64,000 bases of DNA, from positions 35,731,967 to 35,795,966 of the forward strand of contig CM120640.1 in assembly GCA_051362555.1 (NCBI GenBank), read 5' to 3'. Shown here piece after piece: positions 12,874 to 26,000 of this stretch. The position numbers were made by a program, and so were the translations under genes. This stretch comes from Lingula anatina (taxonomy: Eukaryota; Animalia; Brachiopoda). The notes under the pieces are model-generated. The model did no database searches. It had not been told where the DNA came from and saw only the letters and a program-made list of their open reading frames with translations. Numbering within the stretch: position 1 is the stretch's first letter; each line of letters begins with the position of its first letter.

Positions 12874-15800
12874 AGATTTTCTGTGCATAAAAAGAGACGA
12901 TGATGAGACCCCTACATGGCGGCATCACAGTTTACGCTAACTTTACGAGTGGGTCTAGTTTTGGTTTGGTTTAAGGGAAGTCCACTTGAAAGCCAAGATG
13001 AAAAGTCGGTCTCTGCATCGGAATCAATTATGTGAAAGGTCCCGTCAATCAGCCCTAAAGCGCAATCGAAGACTTTGCCCATGCACGTACACAGAATAAC
13101 AAATGACATAACATTATATAAATATTTAAAGATTCTGTCATGTCATATTATGTTGCAACCCTACAAGTTACTTTCGTTCCGTTTGTTTTGTACCTTAAAA
13201 TTTGGTCCAATTGGCGAAGTAGGTTTGTACTCGTAAATAACGCAATCCAAAATCAAATTAAAAGGTTGAAACTGCATTTGTAATTGAACAGCGATGACTG
13301 AATAATACATACGTCTACTTAAGTTTTCGATTTAACAAAATGGAAGCATTTTGCTCATTTTAGTATTTAAATTACCCATACAGAAAAGAGAGATGACCTT
13401 GGACCAATACATACTGTTTGTTTCCATTTGCAAAGGTCGAAAGTGGAATTTCAAAACAAATAATGCCTTAGCTCTTGGCTTGAATCTTGTTGCTTTTTAG
13501 ATTGTATATCCGTTTCCTAGAAAATGCAATCTGTTTCTTAGAGAGAGCGGTGATCGTTCAAAGATGGCTTTTTAAATATTTAGACATAGCCTAAAGCATA
13601 TGACAATTCGATCGGAGCTGTGGCTATCTGTACCAGCTGCAAGGAAGGAAAAGTGCATACACGCGGCTTTTCAGGCAACAGGAGAATTATTATTATTACT
13701 AAGTTTTTTAAAGTTAAGGCGTCGTGGATTTTGGACAGTTATTCTTAGACAATATGCTGAATATTCAATATACCGTGAGTCCACTTGGCTGCAAAAGAAG
13801 TATAAACCATGTGCAACGCTGCTTCCTTTGAATCTCTTCAAGGGAATTAAATCGTTTTTTACACCGCGAAACAGAGCCCTAGACATAGAGGAACAAGGGG
13901 GAAATTGTGTGTAAATTAGAAGCAAGTAAATACCATCCCTTTTCCATTTCTTCGGGGAATCCTAATCGTTTTATCGCTGTCGTTAAAATATCCTCACTGC
14001 CAGAAACGGGAGGCCATAATGATCTTAAATCACATCAGAGCCGGAAGTCAAAAAGGTCGCAAAGCAAAACCTTAGAAATAAGACATATATTATTTAAACG
14101 CTAATTTGCAGTGGGTTTTCTTTGGCTTATTTCGAATATATCGGTTATGCCCAAGCTGATCTCACATATATATTCATTAATGTTTCACCAATACGACATA
14201 TGGAGTATAGTCAGTTCCAGGCACTAGTTACAATACAAATATGTTGAAATATTCTCCAGGTTTTAATGCCATAAATATACCATAAAAGTATAAAATGACA
14301 TATCAATATCAAAGACAAAAAGTCAATTTTCAATTAATATGCCACAAAGAAGTGTGTCAGTTTTACGGGGCAAAAGAAGTTAATGGGTAAACACAAACCC
14401 GTAGGAGACCATGCCTCAAATAATTGGCACGATAAAAGTTCCCTAAAATTACGCGTTAATTTGCTTAGGCAGGCTGCCAAAGACAACACCATAGTCACCT
14501 GGCTACAAAGCATCTATGGTATCTATTCATTAGTTAGATGAATTTGAGGCTTCACTTTAGCGTAAATTGATGACCAGTGGTACTATAAGGAAACGCTGAA
14601 AGTGACCCATCAGTGATCCCTGGGTGTTCCCACATGTAATTCGATCATTGCCTCCATTCCCCAGTGTAATTAACTCTCATCTCTAATAACTAGAGTAGTG
14701 CGGCCTAGCGCAAATGTCCGGTCATTTGCATGATCAAATTTGCACGAGGCGCCCAGGAAGGGTCATCATTAACGACATCTTGACAGCATTTAATCAATGG
14801 CCCAGACTGTGGTTCAGGTGGGACATCGTCGTGCCTCGTCTGGCATCGTGTGTTTAAGTAATTGGTTTCATAAGTGTGAACTATGCTAAAGGGGGGGGGG
14901 GGGAGGGGGAGGGGTAGTGTTTGCTACGTTTTAATTTGGCTAATTCCTCACTTCTCCGCGCGCTTAAAACATTGACAGCATTAAATTGTCCTGGTATTTG
15001 AAAAAAAAATGCTGGATCTGTGAGCGCGTAGGTTTAAAGACAAATCAAATGGGCAGAATGAAAGACTTACGTATTCATAATAATCAACATACCCCACCAC
15101 ATCTTTAAAATTTACTTTCATTAGGATAACTGCTAACTGGGTTGAGTACTCCGAGTACTGAACTTCAATATCCATATCCATTCTGATCAACATAAAGGTT
15201 TGCAACATGATGATTTTATAAAGTCACATATCAATTATTTATCTCTTTATCAAGAATAGACAAAAATTCGGAAACAAAAAATCAATAGTCAAATGTATAC
15301 ATGTAGATAAATGTACAACCCTGCCGAATACTTGATGGCGTAATCGGGACCACAGAAAACTAAACGTAACATTCATGCACACATTTGACAATGATGAAGT
15401 CTTCAATGCATGAAAACAGGGAAAATTTGGAGAGACCAGAAATTGAGAAATTAAAAAAAAAAGACATCATTCAGGTTTTTTTTCATTTCAGTTAGTGGTT
15501 TAACTCGACCTCCTATCTCAGTAATCACATCAGCGGCAAACCGCAACTAAGAAATGCTCTTATGTGTAATCACTTTAACTTTAGAAATACATAAAACCTT
15601 CCAAACGATCCAAACTCAACACTAAGAGCAAAGAATGACGCAAACAATCATAGGTTAATGCAATGGAACCAGAATTAGAAGGAGAGAAAAGATGAAAGAA
15701 GGCAAGTCATGAGAATGGCTTGACGCAGACATATACCCATTGCTGCACAAATGTCTCCCCCATTATTCGACAGAAATTCTCATGACAATTCATAACAGCT

Positions 15801-18800
15801 GACAAACTATAACGTCCAATCCATTGTAATTGAATTCAGTGCTATAAGTATTCATTATTTAAAAAAAGATAGGCATTTCGTATCTTTTATCGTCATCAAA
15901 AGGAGGCATTACGTATTGCCATTAAGCCTGTTAAACGACCAAGTTTGCGTTTCGTTTGATGCAGAAGTCATTTTACATAGCTGCCTACGTTCTAGGAGAT
16001 TAACGGGCCAGATCAAATACGCCCATGGTGACAGATCTACAAACATTTGATTGCATTACTTCGATCAGATATTAAATCAGGTCCTTATCATGATACTATA
16101 CTGAATGATTGGGTGGCGGGTATTTTGAGCAAACAGGTGGAAGCAAGCGATTTGTCCGAATTGTTCAACTAACGATTTTCGATACAGTGTTTCCCGCTAG
16201 ATTCACCTGCATATTTAAAATGAGTAAATAATGTCGAAATAAGAAAGCGGTGACTGAACAAAGGCGCCATGAAACACATCCCTGTGTGATTCCTATGGGG
16301 AACCAGTGGTAAATCCAGTCGCTTCAGTAATTTTTGACTACAACAATCGGCGTGGACAAAAACATTGCCTTCATCGATTTATCATCCAGGAGGGCACTTA
16401 CTGAACCTTAGTATTTATTTTTGGAAATTGCTTGCAATCAGCAGTAAGTTGTTAGGCTTGGCCACAGCAATCGTCACAATTCATACACCCCAAGTGTTTT
16501 ACATTAAAACAGATGGATAACCTCAACAAGAATCTAATTTCTCAAGTTGCATATTTTCGATTTTGCATATTTCTGATTACAGTACTTATGCATGTATATT
16601 GATTTTGTGTAAATGAACATGTGAAACTAATATTGTAATTTTTCTCGTAGGTGTATTGTACTTAATGAACACAAGCAGTAGAGCACATGCCGAAAGAACG
16701 CGGATCACACGACCAACGTAAAAACTAGTTGCTTCTTAGAGAAAGACAGAACCTGCCAGAAAGAAAACGTGGTAGAAATTAACGTAGTGGCTTCCCAGTA
16801 AGGTATCGCACTTCAAGAGACCGTGGAAGATGAAGATAAAATCATTTACCTTTCTTTTACCGTCACAATATCATGGTTTTCCTGGCATCATCAAGACTGT
16901 TTAACTTTTATTGACCGGCCGTTTTTCGAATTTCATCTAATGAATACGCTAGATTTGGAGAGTACTTTTTCTTTATTTGTCTTAAGCGGAGGGAAAAGTT
17001 ACAGGTATTCCTTGCATTTTTCAATTTTGAACAGGGGTAGACATTTCGTTATCTTAAGGGGCGTCAAGGCATGAATATTATTATTATTATTCCAATTATT
17101 CAAATGGAACAAAGGGATTTAAGACGAATATAATACCACAAAACGTCTCTTTAAGTCATAAATCAATATGTAATGAAGATTTGATTTTCATATCAATTTT
17201 GAATAATAACACTTGAAGAGAAATGAAACATAAGTGGTTCGATAAAAATGACGTAAGCTTCTTTTTAATTTATCATAACAAAAGCCTATCCAGTAATTTT
17301 GTAAAGCTCTCCTCCAAAAGACGAAATAGATTGACCACATTGTTGAACTAATTGATCAGTGAAAGTTGAGTATCCTAATGAAGCATGTCTTCACTTTCAG
17401 CTCTGCTGGCCCAAATTGGACCACACTGTGTGGGCGAAAATACAGCATCTTTACAAGACATTTCCAGGAAAATTAATTTAAGATCAGATTAAAAAAACAT
17501 TTGAGCAAAAGTAAACGTTTCGGCTATATCGGTTTAAAAGTTTTCCGGAAAAAAATGTATGAAAACCACGTTCAGCGAAGCAAAAAAGACCGCAGTTCAT
17601 GGGGATCGACTTTTCGTTAAAAAAGCACTTAACATGAGCCATGCTTCTTGAACGGCGTTGCTTATAAACTGAAATCCTGGTCAAAATGACGTAGACTGTG
17701 CTCTAGCTTATTGGGAGCTATGAAATAAAGATTGACACTTTTGGTCGTGGGCCACGCCATTTAAATCGGCTTGTGTGGAGCGCACGTAGAGAAACTGTTG
17801 TTGGTTCTAAGGAGACGAGTTCTATTTCGATGATATTTGGGGAGCGGCATGCAAGAGGTGGGCTACGTATTTCACAAAAGAAATACAACCCACCCATTTA
17901 ATCAATGCGGGTCTGTAACTTGTAAAGTTCAAATTCAGGTTTTTCAGATTTTTCGATTCAGATTTATCGCGACTGGTGAAATCTCCATTTGCTGAAAGAA
18001 CAGTGTATATATGCTGACTCGCGTTTGTTATACCTTTACTGGAGGTTCCAGAGCTACATGCAGGCCTACCTGTGCCAACTACAAAAGCACAAAAGTAGAC
18101 CTGACCCGGTCTCGGTCCAGCATGCGTCACCAGGCGACCAAATAAATCTACCAGTTATTTAATGATTTAAACTGCAAGTCAAATACACACTTCAGGACTT
18201 AACACTTATTAATCAATTGCTGGTGAATTGATTCCTTTATCAAGTAGCTTAGTTAAGACTTACGTCTAGTCATGTTGGCCCCACCCAACAATTCGTTTTG
18301 GGACACTACTATTTCCATCACCGACGTAATCAAGAAAATAACGTGTTTGCAGAGCTCAGTTATAAAGACTCCACCCTCATTCAGATGATTATTCCCCAGA
18401 ACAACAGCGAGCGTTGTCCGGGGGAGGGGGACAATTTGGCCAATTACACTGATACCATTAGACACTCTTGTTATAAGAGAGGCGCTGCTGATGTTCGGTA
18501 TTTTCATCTCGGTACTGTTTCGGCTTTTTATCACAATTCGCTATGCCCTGTGGAATTTCTTAGATCATGGCATACATTGACCAATATTTCTAGTCTAATT
18601 CTTAGTCATGAGAGGATTTCTATCAATTGTGTTCACTTCCTAAGTGTCTTACTTCTACTTCTGGATAGGCTCCCACGCGAATAACAACATCTGCAGAATG
18701 CACATGGCAACTAAACTAAGTTTTAGGGACAACCGTCCTTCATTTTTACAGAAATGGATGTTCATGTTAAAATTGCCTGCAATATTGACAAAATGCATGT

Positions 18801-21054
18801 TTTTGAAATCCTTTTTTTTTCTCTTTCCTTTTTTATGCAAAGGTATATGCCCCCTCTGCAGTATGAATGAACGCATAACGAAAAACTAATAGACAGCATA
18901 ACTTCTCTTTAAAAAAAAAAAAAAAGAAAAGAAAAAAAAGCAAGGGGACGGGAAAGATGAACGATCTCTTGCTTAACACCATAAAAGAAATAGACTTTAA
19001 GGCATAAATTCCGAACCAATGGTTTCCCTTAAGTAAAGATAGTGAATTTAACATACAAAGAGGATAATGATAAATTTAGTTATCTAGCTATAAGAAGTAA
19101 TAGTTTTACAGTGACAGAATGGAATATAAAATAGCAAAAAAAAATGTATAAGTCAATTATATTGTAATCAAACATTTCACTTCTTAAATCTGATTCATAT
19201 ATGCTTCCATCATTTTAACAACCAAACAGCAATTCCTTTAAAATCGACAACCAGACGGCTTGGTCCACCCTGAGTGCCAACGATAACCGCGGGAAGAGAC
19301 TCAGATCGATCGTCCTACATGTACCTCCATTAAAGAGGGCTGGAGACTTATAAGAATATCGGAGTTTATCAAGCCTAAAGTCTATCAAATTCAGGGTACC
19401 AGTGCCAAGACTGTATTCGGATTAGACTTGTATTGAATGTAATGCCAGATCCATTTCTGCGGAGGAAAAAGCAACACAATCGTGAAATTAACTTAAACAA
19501 GATAAATAACAGGATCTCATTTGGGATTTCTTCGTGTATCGCTGCAACCATGTTCTGTTTTCTCAATTTAAAGCATGTTTGGGTTGACAATTCAATGAGA
19601 ATTGAGTAATTTAAGTGGTGTATTCTTCACGACCTTAAACACACATATCGACGTTCCTACTTAATGTCTAGAGGCGCATTCACACTGAATTCAGGCCCAT
19701 CGATCTCAATGACGTTGCTTCAGGAAGTGAGGCGCCGCTCATCCCAACATAAAAAAATTAAATTGACTAATCTGACCAGTGCTGTTTGCCATTCGACTTG
19801 TTAGTTTTTTACTTCGATCTTCGTAAGCTGAGCGTGAAAACACCCTCTACAAATAACTAGAGTGGAAAATATCAAGAAATTCGAATTACTATCCAGGAAA
19901 TGAATCCAACTGAGGGACTTAATTTAAGCTTTTTTGCCAATCGTTCACTGGGTGCAAACCATAAAAGAGATAGACGCCCACGGTATTCAATAATTAACTT
20001 CGAGGAGAGTACAGCAGATCCAAGCTACGCTTCAAATGTTCAGATCTTCACAGAAGATAACATCAATACACTAGATCTAGTAACAAATCGAGATGAAAAA
20101 TCAAAGATTTGTTAAGCAAGCTACGCGCATACCCATTCATATCAAAACTCAAATTCAAATCAACAGTAAAAAAAGGATTGGCAATTCAAATCATTTATGT
20201 GCTTTCCGAATTAGCTGGTATTGGATTTTATTCAACGCATCTGTGGATATCATTACAATGAGCCACATTATACAACAGTATAAGCGGAACGATCTTGGGA
20301 CCTTTTTCAGAAAAGAGCTCAAGTCGCCAATCGATTTTAGTCTGTAACCAAGTTTCCCAAGAATTTCAGCCAGATTAATTAATAATAATAACAATAATAA
20401 TCATAATAACACCAAAATAAAAGGTTTACCTCCCTTAAGACCTTCTTAGACCCTTTAGATCAGTTCACTTTCATGACACTCATTTTAGTGGTGAAAATAG
20501 CCTGTTAAGGTACATTGACTACATCAAATCATGTGACAACCGCAAGTGAAATGTCCATAGACTTATAAACCGTTTTGTCAGTAGGTTGAGGTTTAACCAC
20601 GTTAAAAATATTAGTTATTAACATTATCACTTGTATTATTTTTAACATCATTGTTTTATCTCAGTATTGTAAGCAACGACGCTCTAAACGGAACCATTTT
20701 TAAAATACCAATTATGCTCCTAGCACTTTTTTGGCTAAGTTGTTCTGAACTTTTAGACCAAATATCTAGTCCATTTTGACCCCAAGAGAGTTACTTTATT
20801 TAATGAACAACTACAATTTTATCTTGCATTTAAGTAGACCAAAATTCCAGCTAACAAAAACTCTGGGGCCATTTTCTTATGTGAAACGTGGGCCCTGCCT
20901 ACCCTCAGTTATTATTCTGTGGACATTTATGGTTTCACAGTACAGAGAATAGCCATCTATTTAACCAGAGACATATCTGCTAATATCTTGTGGAAATTCA
21001 ATCTGTGGCCTTGGTAGAGGGTAGGCCCTGCCCCTCCTTTCACAAAGAATCTTA

Positions 21055-21276
21055 GACCCCATTCCCATACTCAGATCGATCTTGCAGGAACGACCCATCT
21101 CCGAGGGTTTTCTCACTAAATTGTGTTCAGCTTAAGCGGCTTAATGTCTTGCACGCCCACTGGACCTGTTAAACGGTAATTAATAACAGAGCCGCTTAAG
21201 CTGAACACAATTTAGTGAGAAAACCCTCGGAGATGGGTTGATCCTGCTAGTTCGATCTAGGTACAGGAATGGGGTC
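21055..21276. mobile_element. Palindromic MITE, Tourist/PIF-Harbinger-like, copy 1
   Basis: Termini GACCCCATTCC...GGAATGGGGTC with about 87-bp inverted arms, including a perfect 49-bp inverted repeat (21093-21141 / 21190-21238). Flanked by TTA on both sides (21052-21054, 21277-21279), the TWA duplication typical of PIF/Harbinger. Confidence 0.85.
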
Positions 21277-22735
21277 TTAAATCTATAGTTGACTAGGATG
21301 TGTGCATGAGTGTCCATGAGAGTGCTGTAACACTGTTCCTGATAGGGTAAGATGTGTGCCTGTGTCCATGTTACATTGGTAACAAAGATGTTAGCCAAGG
21401 AATTGACTTTGGTTTGACTTTGGTTTTTGGTGAAAACTGAGCCATGGGCCACTGGGCTAAAAAAAAGGTAATAATGAATAGTATTAAGCGAGTTTAACAC
21501 CTTTTATGTAACCCCTAAAGAGATCCTGACATGGTCTCCACTCAAGATCATAAAAGTTAACAATTCTTGGACATTTTGAATTTAAATCATATCAAGACTT
21601 AACCTACATCATGCTTGAAATACTAGTTAGTAGTACTTAATGAACTTTTGGGTCTAATGCCAGAAACAATGAGCATATAAATACATATTACTGTACATGC
21701 TTTACCACCTGCTTAAAGAAAATTTCACAATTCTTTTTGGTAAAAAATAAAAACATTGCAACAGAGCATCAATTCCACATTAACAGGCATATGTAGTGAT
21801 GGCTGATAAAAAATAAAAACTTGATGAAGAGCACAGTAAAATTTATTAATTTTTATAATTCCATTTCCAATTCCTTGGCAATTTATAAGCTTTCCACTTG
21901 AATGTTTTGACATACTAGTACAGAACCTGTCATACTCTTAACAGCAGTTTAAAGGTAAACATCAAAGAAGAACAAGTCCTTAGACATTTTTGCACAGTCA
22001 TGGTCATCAGGCAGTTGCCAGCCCAGCAGCGATCCACCTTATTGTAACAAGTGTGACCATCCAGAGATGAATCACCACTGATAAAACCTTTGACTGACAC
22101 GACAAATTGATAGTTAAACATGTTAACATGTGCATTTTGTATACCAGTGCAGTTTTAGCTTATGTTTCTTTATTTTCATGTCAATCTTAGCAAACTGATT
22201 GCCCTACTACGGTATCAATGCTGCCTGTGATATTCCCCAGTGGTATGTTTGGCTAGATTTGCCTGCAAAGATGGTATCCATTACTTTCTACAGCCTCCAG
22301 AGACCAAAAGGTTTAAAAGTTATAGAGCAACGGAGAGACAAAGCATTCATAAGCCCATATCACAGAAAAATCACTTATTCTTATTCAATTTCACTTTCCC
22401 TTGACTGCAAAACGTATGTTTAATATTTGAGATATTTATCCCTTTGGGAAATTCATTGAGAACATGTTTCACATCTATAAATGGAATCAAACAATCTGTA
22501 TTATTCTAATAGGTTCATTGATTTTTCTTTCGTTATTTTTTCCATACAATATACTTAAAGGATAAAGAATGAGTAAAATCTTTTGTTTTAATTTCTATTT
22601 TACACTCAGAACACATTTTGACACTTCAAATAAGGCACATTTGGCTGAATATCTCTTCTCAGATTTGATAAAACATATTTTAAGAAAAAATGAATCATAT
22701 AAACAAGACTTTATAATGGTGTCATGGCATTAAGA

Positions 22736-22990
22736 GACCATTCCCAGACCCTATTAGACTAACTTTGGATCAAACTATCTCCAAGGGGATTCTCGCTTAA
22801 TTGCAATTAACTTAAGCAGCTTTGATGTCTGTCACACCTTCTGAGGCTGATAGGGGGTAATTAACTTTCATTTAGCAGCTTTAGTAGGCGTCCCAGACAT
22901 CTAAGCCACTTAAGCTGAAAGCAATTTAGTGAGAAACCCGTGAAGATGGACTGATCCTGTTAGATCAATCTAGGGACTGGAACCAAGTCT
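22736..22990. mobile_element. Palindromic MITE of the same family, copy 2 (about 90 bp downstream of the MEI4 stop)
   Basis: Shares ACCATTCCCA start, CTTAAGC arms, ATGTCTGTCACACC, GGGGTAATTAACTTTC core and GCAATTTAGTGAGAAACCC with copies 1, 3 and 4. Confidence 0.75.
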
Positions 22991-23080
22991 AAGATTCAAG
23001 AACTGACTGACAAAGTTCATGTCAACTAAAGACAGTTTAACAAAAGAATTCTGTAAGCAAACTGTGGTTAAGTCACTGTC

Positions 23081-26000
23081 TCAGCTTTGTGTTGCAGAGA
23101 TTGAATCAATCAGAGCCCCTAATCTCCAGACATAGTGAGCAAACAACGGAAACTCCTCTGAAATGTGAAGTAGACAATTCGTAAGAATCTCCTGCAAGCT
23201 CTGAAGATTCAACTGATCCATGATCCCATGATAATTTTTATCCATCCCACACTCCAGATTGAGAATTTCCTCGCATACTTTGAAAACAAAGTACATATTT
23301 TCATATTGTTTCACCTGTAGTGGAGCATGGGAAAAGCACACCTGTCTCAAATGTTCAGAGAAGAAGTGAAGTTCAGTGAAAAAACATTCCACCACAGTGA
23401 ACTTGAAGTGCTTGGACTTTCCAAAGAGGAATAGAAGAGAGCTTGTTTGTTCAGGTTTATTGTTCTGGAAAAACAACAAGAAAAAACTTGTTACATTTGC
23501 TACAGATATTATGTTGCAAAATTTTGAAGATTTTTACTAGTCATTTAGCAATATATTTATATCCATTTATCAATAAAGAAGACAATTTAGCCAAAACTAC
23601 AATTCCTCATGAATGTGGTCTTTTCACAGATAACGTCAACAAATATTTTCTTTGATTGAATTCCATTTTCTAAAACACCCATTTTCAAAAATTATCCCAT
23701 ATGGAATAAATTATATTTTCATAAGCTTCAGCTGGAATTCAGCAACACCTTTACCTTATCAAGTAGTTTTTATAAAAACAAATTTCCTTCCCACCTCCAA
23801 CAACAATAAACAAAGTAATTGAAAGCAGGACTGTCCGTGGGTGTATCCTACCATATCAGTTTCTACCATTCTCAAACATTCTATACCTTAACAGCTATAA
23901 CCCTGATAAAGAATCAGAATTCCTTCCAATGAACACCCCCTAAACTGAAATTAAAGCTACTGATTGAAAGAATAAACAGACAGTATCCTGGGTATTTCCA
24001 CATTAATTCACATCATTCATATGACCATTTAAACTTACTGTTACAGACCTGTTCAATTTTCTGGGATTATTACCAATGAGGCCTGTATGAAAAAGTAGAG
24101 TGCACATGCACAGTTAAAAGTAAAAAGAACCTAAAAAGTTCAAAATAATAAGCACTATGCCAGAGCAATGGGAAATAAATGAAGAAGAAAAAAGATCAGA
24201 AAGCAAAAAAATTGCCACAACAGTCAACACAATCATCCAATAAAATTGTAAAATACATCTAAAAATATAATTTGTCTCCAACAGTAATAACCCTTGGGGC
24301 AGAAGGGCCCCAAAAATCCTACTTTCACCTAAAAGGTATAGTTCAAGCAATAAAATAGTGATAGGCTCTATTCCCATAGATTTTAGATCGATCTATCCCC
24401 GCGGGGAGTCTCACTAGATTACTTTCAGATAATCCGACTTAAATGTCCGTCCCGCCTACTACAAGCTCTAAGGGGGTAATTAACTTTCGTGTCCGCCCGG
24501 CTGACAGCTATTTAGCGTGAACCCCCAGGGAGTTAGGTCGATCTAAGGTAGGTCGTTTAATGTATGGAAATGGGGTGATAGTCTGCTGTAGCTAAACCAC
24601 GTCATTCTGCAGTACTTCAATGAAATGTCATTAACAAAAAGTAGTTTGGAATCCGACCAAATAATTTTGTCATTGCAAAACTCCTCTAATTACCACTACA
24701 TATACAGTGCATAGATGTATGAATAGCTACAACATGCTTAAGCAATATTACACAAACACTGACTTTGGCCAAAAGTCAACATGTTGTTTTGTGGACCTCA
24801 GAAAAGTGATATCCACTGAGGAGCAAAAGTTGCAATATCACTATAATCTGCTATTATATTGTTTGTTGTCTTATTGATGATGTTTCCTTCACAATGTCCA
24901 GTCAAAAAATATGGATTACTTCATTGGTCAATGTTATATTTGGTGATAATGTCAGAGGCAGATACTGAGTTTTATCAGATCTTGAATTCACAAATATAAG
25001 ATCATATTATATACTTATTATATAATAGTTATTATTTTTGCTTGAAACAAATTTTAAAGAACAATTTTTACAAGCTCACTTGTTTTTTCTTGTTGTGGTT
25101 AAAATATATGTAAAGCATCTGTATGGCCAATATTCTCCAAGCTATCATTATTGCTAACTTTTGGTCAGAAATGGGAATTGGGATACAAATGACCTTCATG
25201 GTCTACTTAGTTGGTACACAAAATATTGAATTAGTAGCTTAAAAGGAAACTAAACATTCACAAGGGAGATCAATGATAAAAGGAAAAGATGACCACTGCC
25301 ACCAGTATTCTTTTCTGCTGCTGCCAACTTTACGCAAGTAACATGCTTCCATTCATTTTAAGCATGATCATGTAAAAGTACTAGAAAAAATGTCTCGCTT
25401 TGTATGGTTTTGTTTGTTAATTTCAGCAACGATAAGGAAACTTTCTTTCTCTCGATTTCATGTTTACCCCTTTTTGTATATTTATATATGTATCTGCGTA
25501 ACTAATTTCAACTTATACTTCGTTTAATCCCTCATCTCAAACAAAGCTTTATGGAAAGAATATTAGCTAAAATAAAAAAGAAAATGGGCTGACTCGAATC
25601 TTTGAGAAATTGCAAGAAAATTTTTGGTCCCAAAGTGTCCAAGTTATGTGAATGAAGCCTACTGTGCTTATAGAGTCTACACTGTGGGGCCTGCCCTCCT
25701 GAGTACTGAATTACCCAACCTAAACTAAATATTCACTAGGGAGTACAGTTACTAAGAACAAAAGAGAATAAAAACTGTTTCTTCATTTTTCTTCATTGTT
25801 AGCAAGATTTTTCAAGTCGATTCAACTTTAATTACATTATAAATTTCCATTTTTATTTGTGTGTGTGTGTGTTTGTGTGTGTGTGTGAATCTATCATGGA
25901 CAAAATTATGTCCAAGAATCTATTAATATACAAAACATGCTATGATGGACCTACTCAATTCAAGTGCAATAATTTTCACTATTCTGTTTTTCCAATCTTT

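Noticed and set aside
18253-18534. Minus-strand ORF containing LPRTTLA, reminiscent of the kainate receptor amino-terminal domain
   Set aside because: It lies upstream of the signal-peptide exon, the surrounding residues do not match, and there are no convincing splice sites; likely chance.
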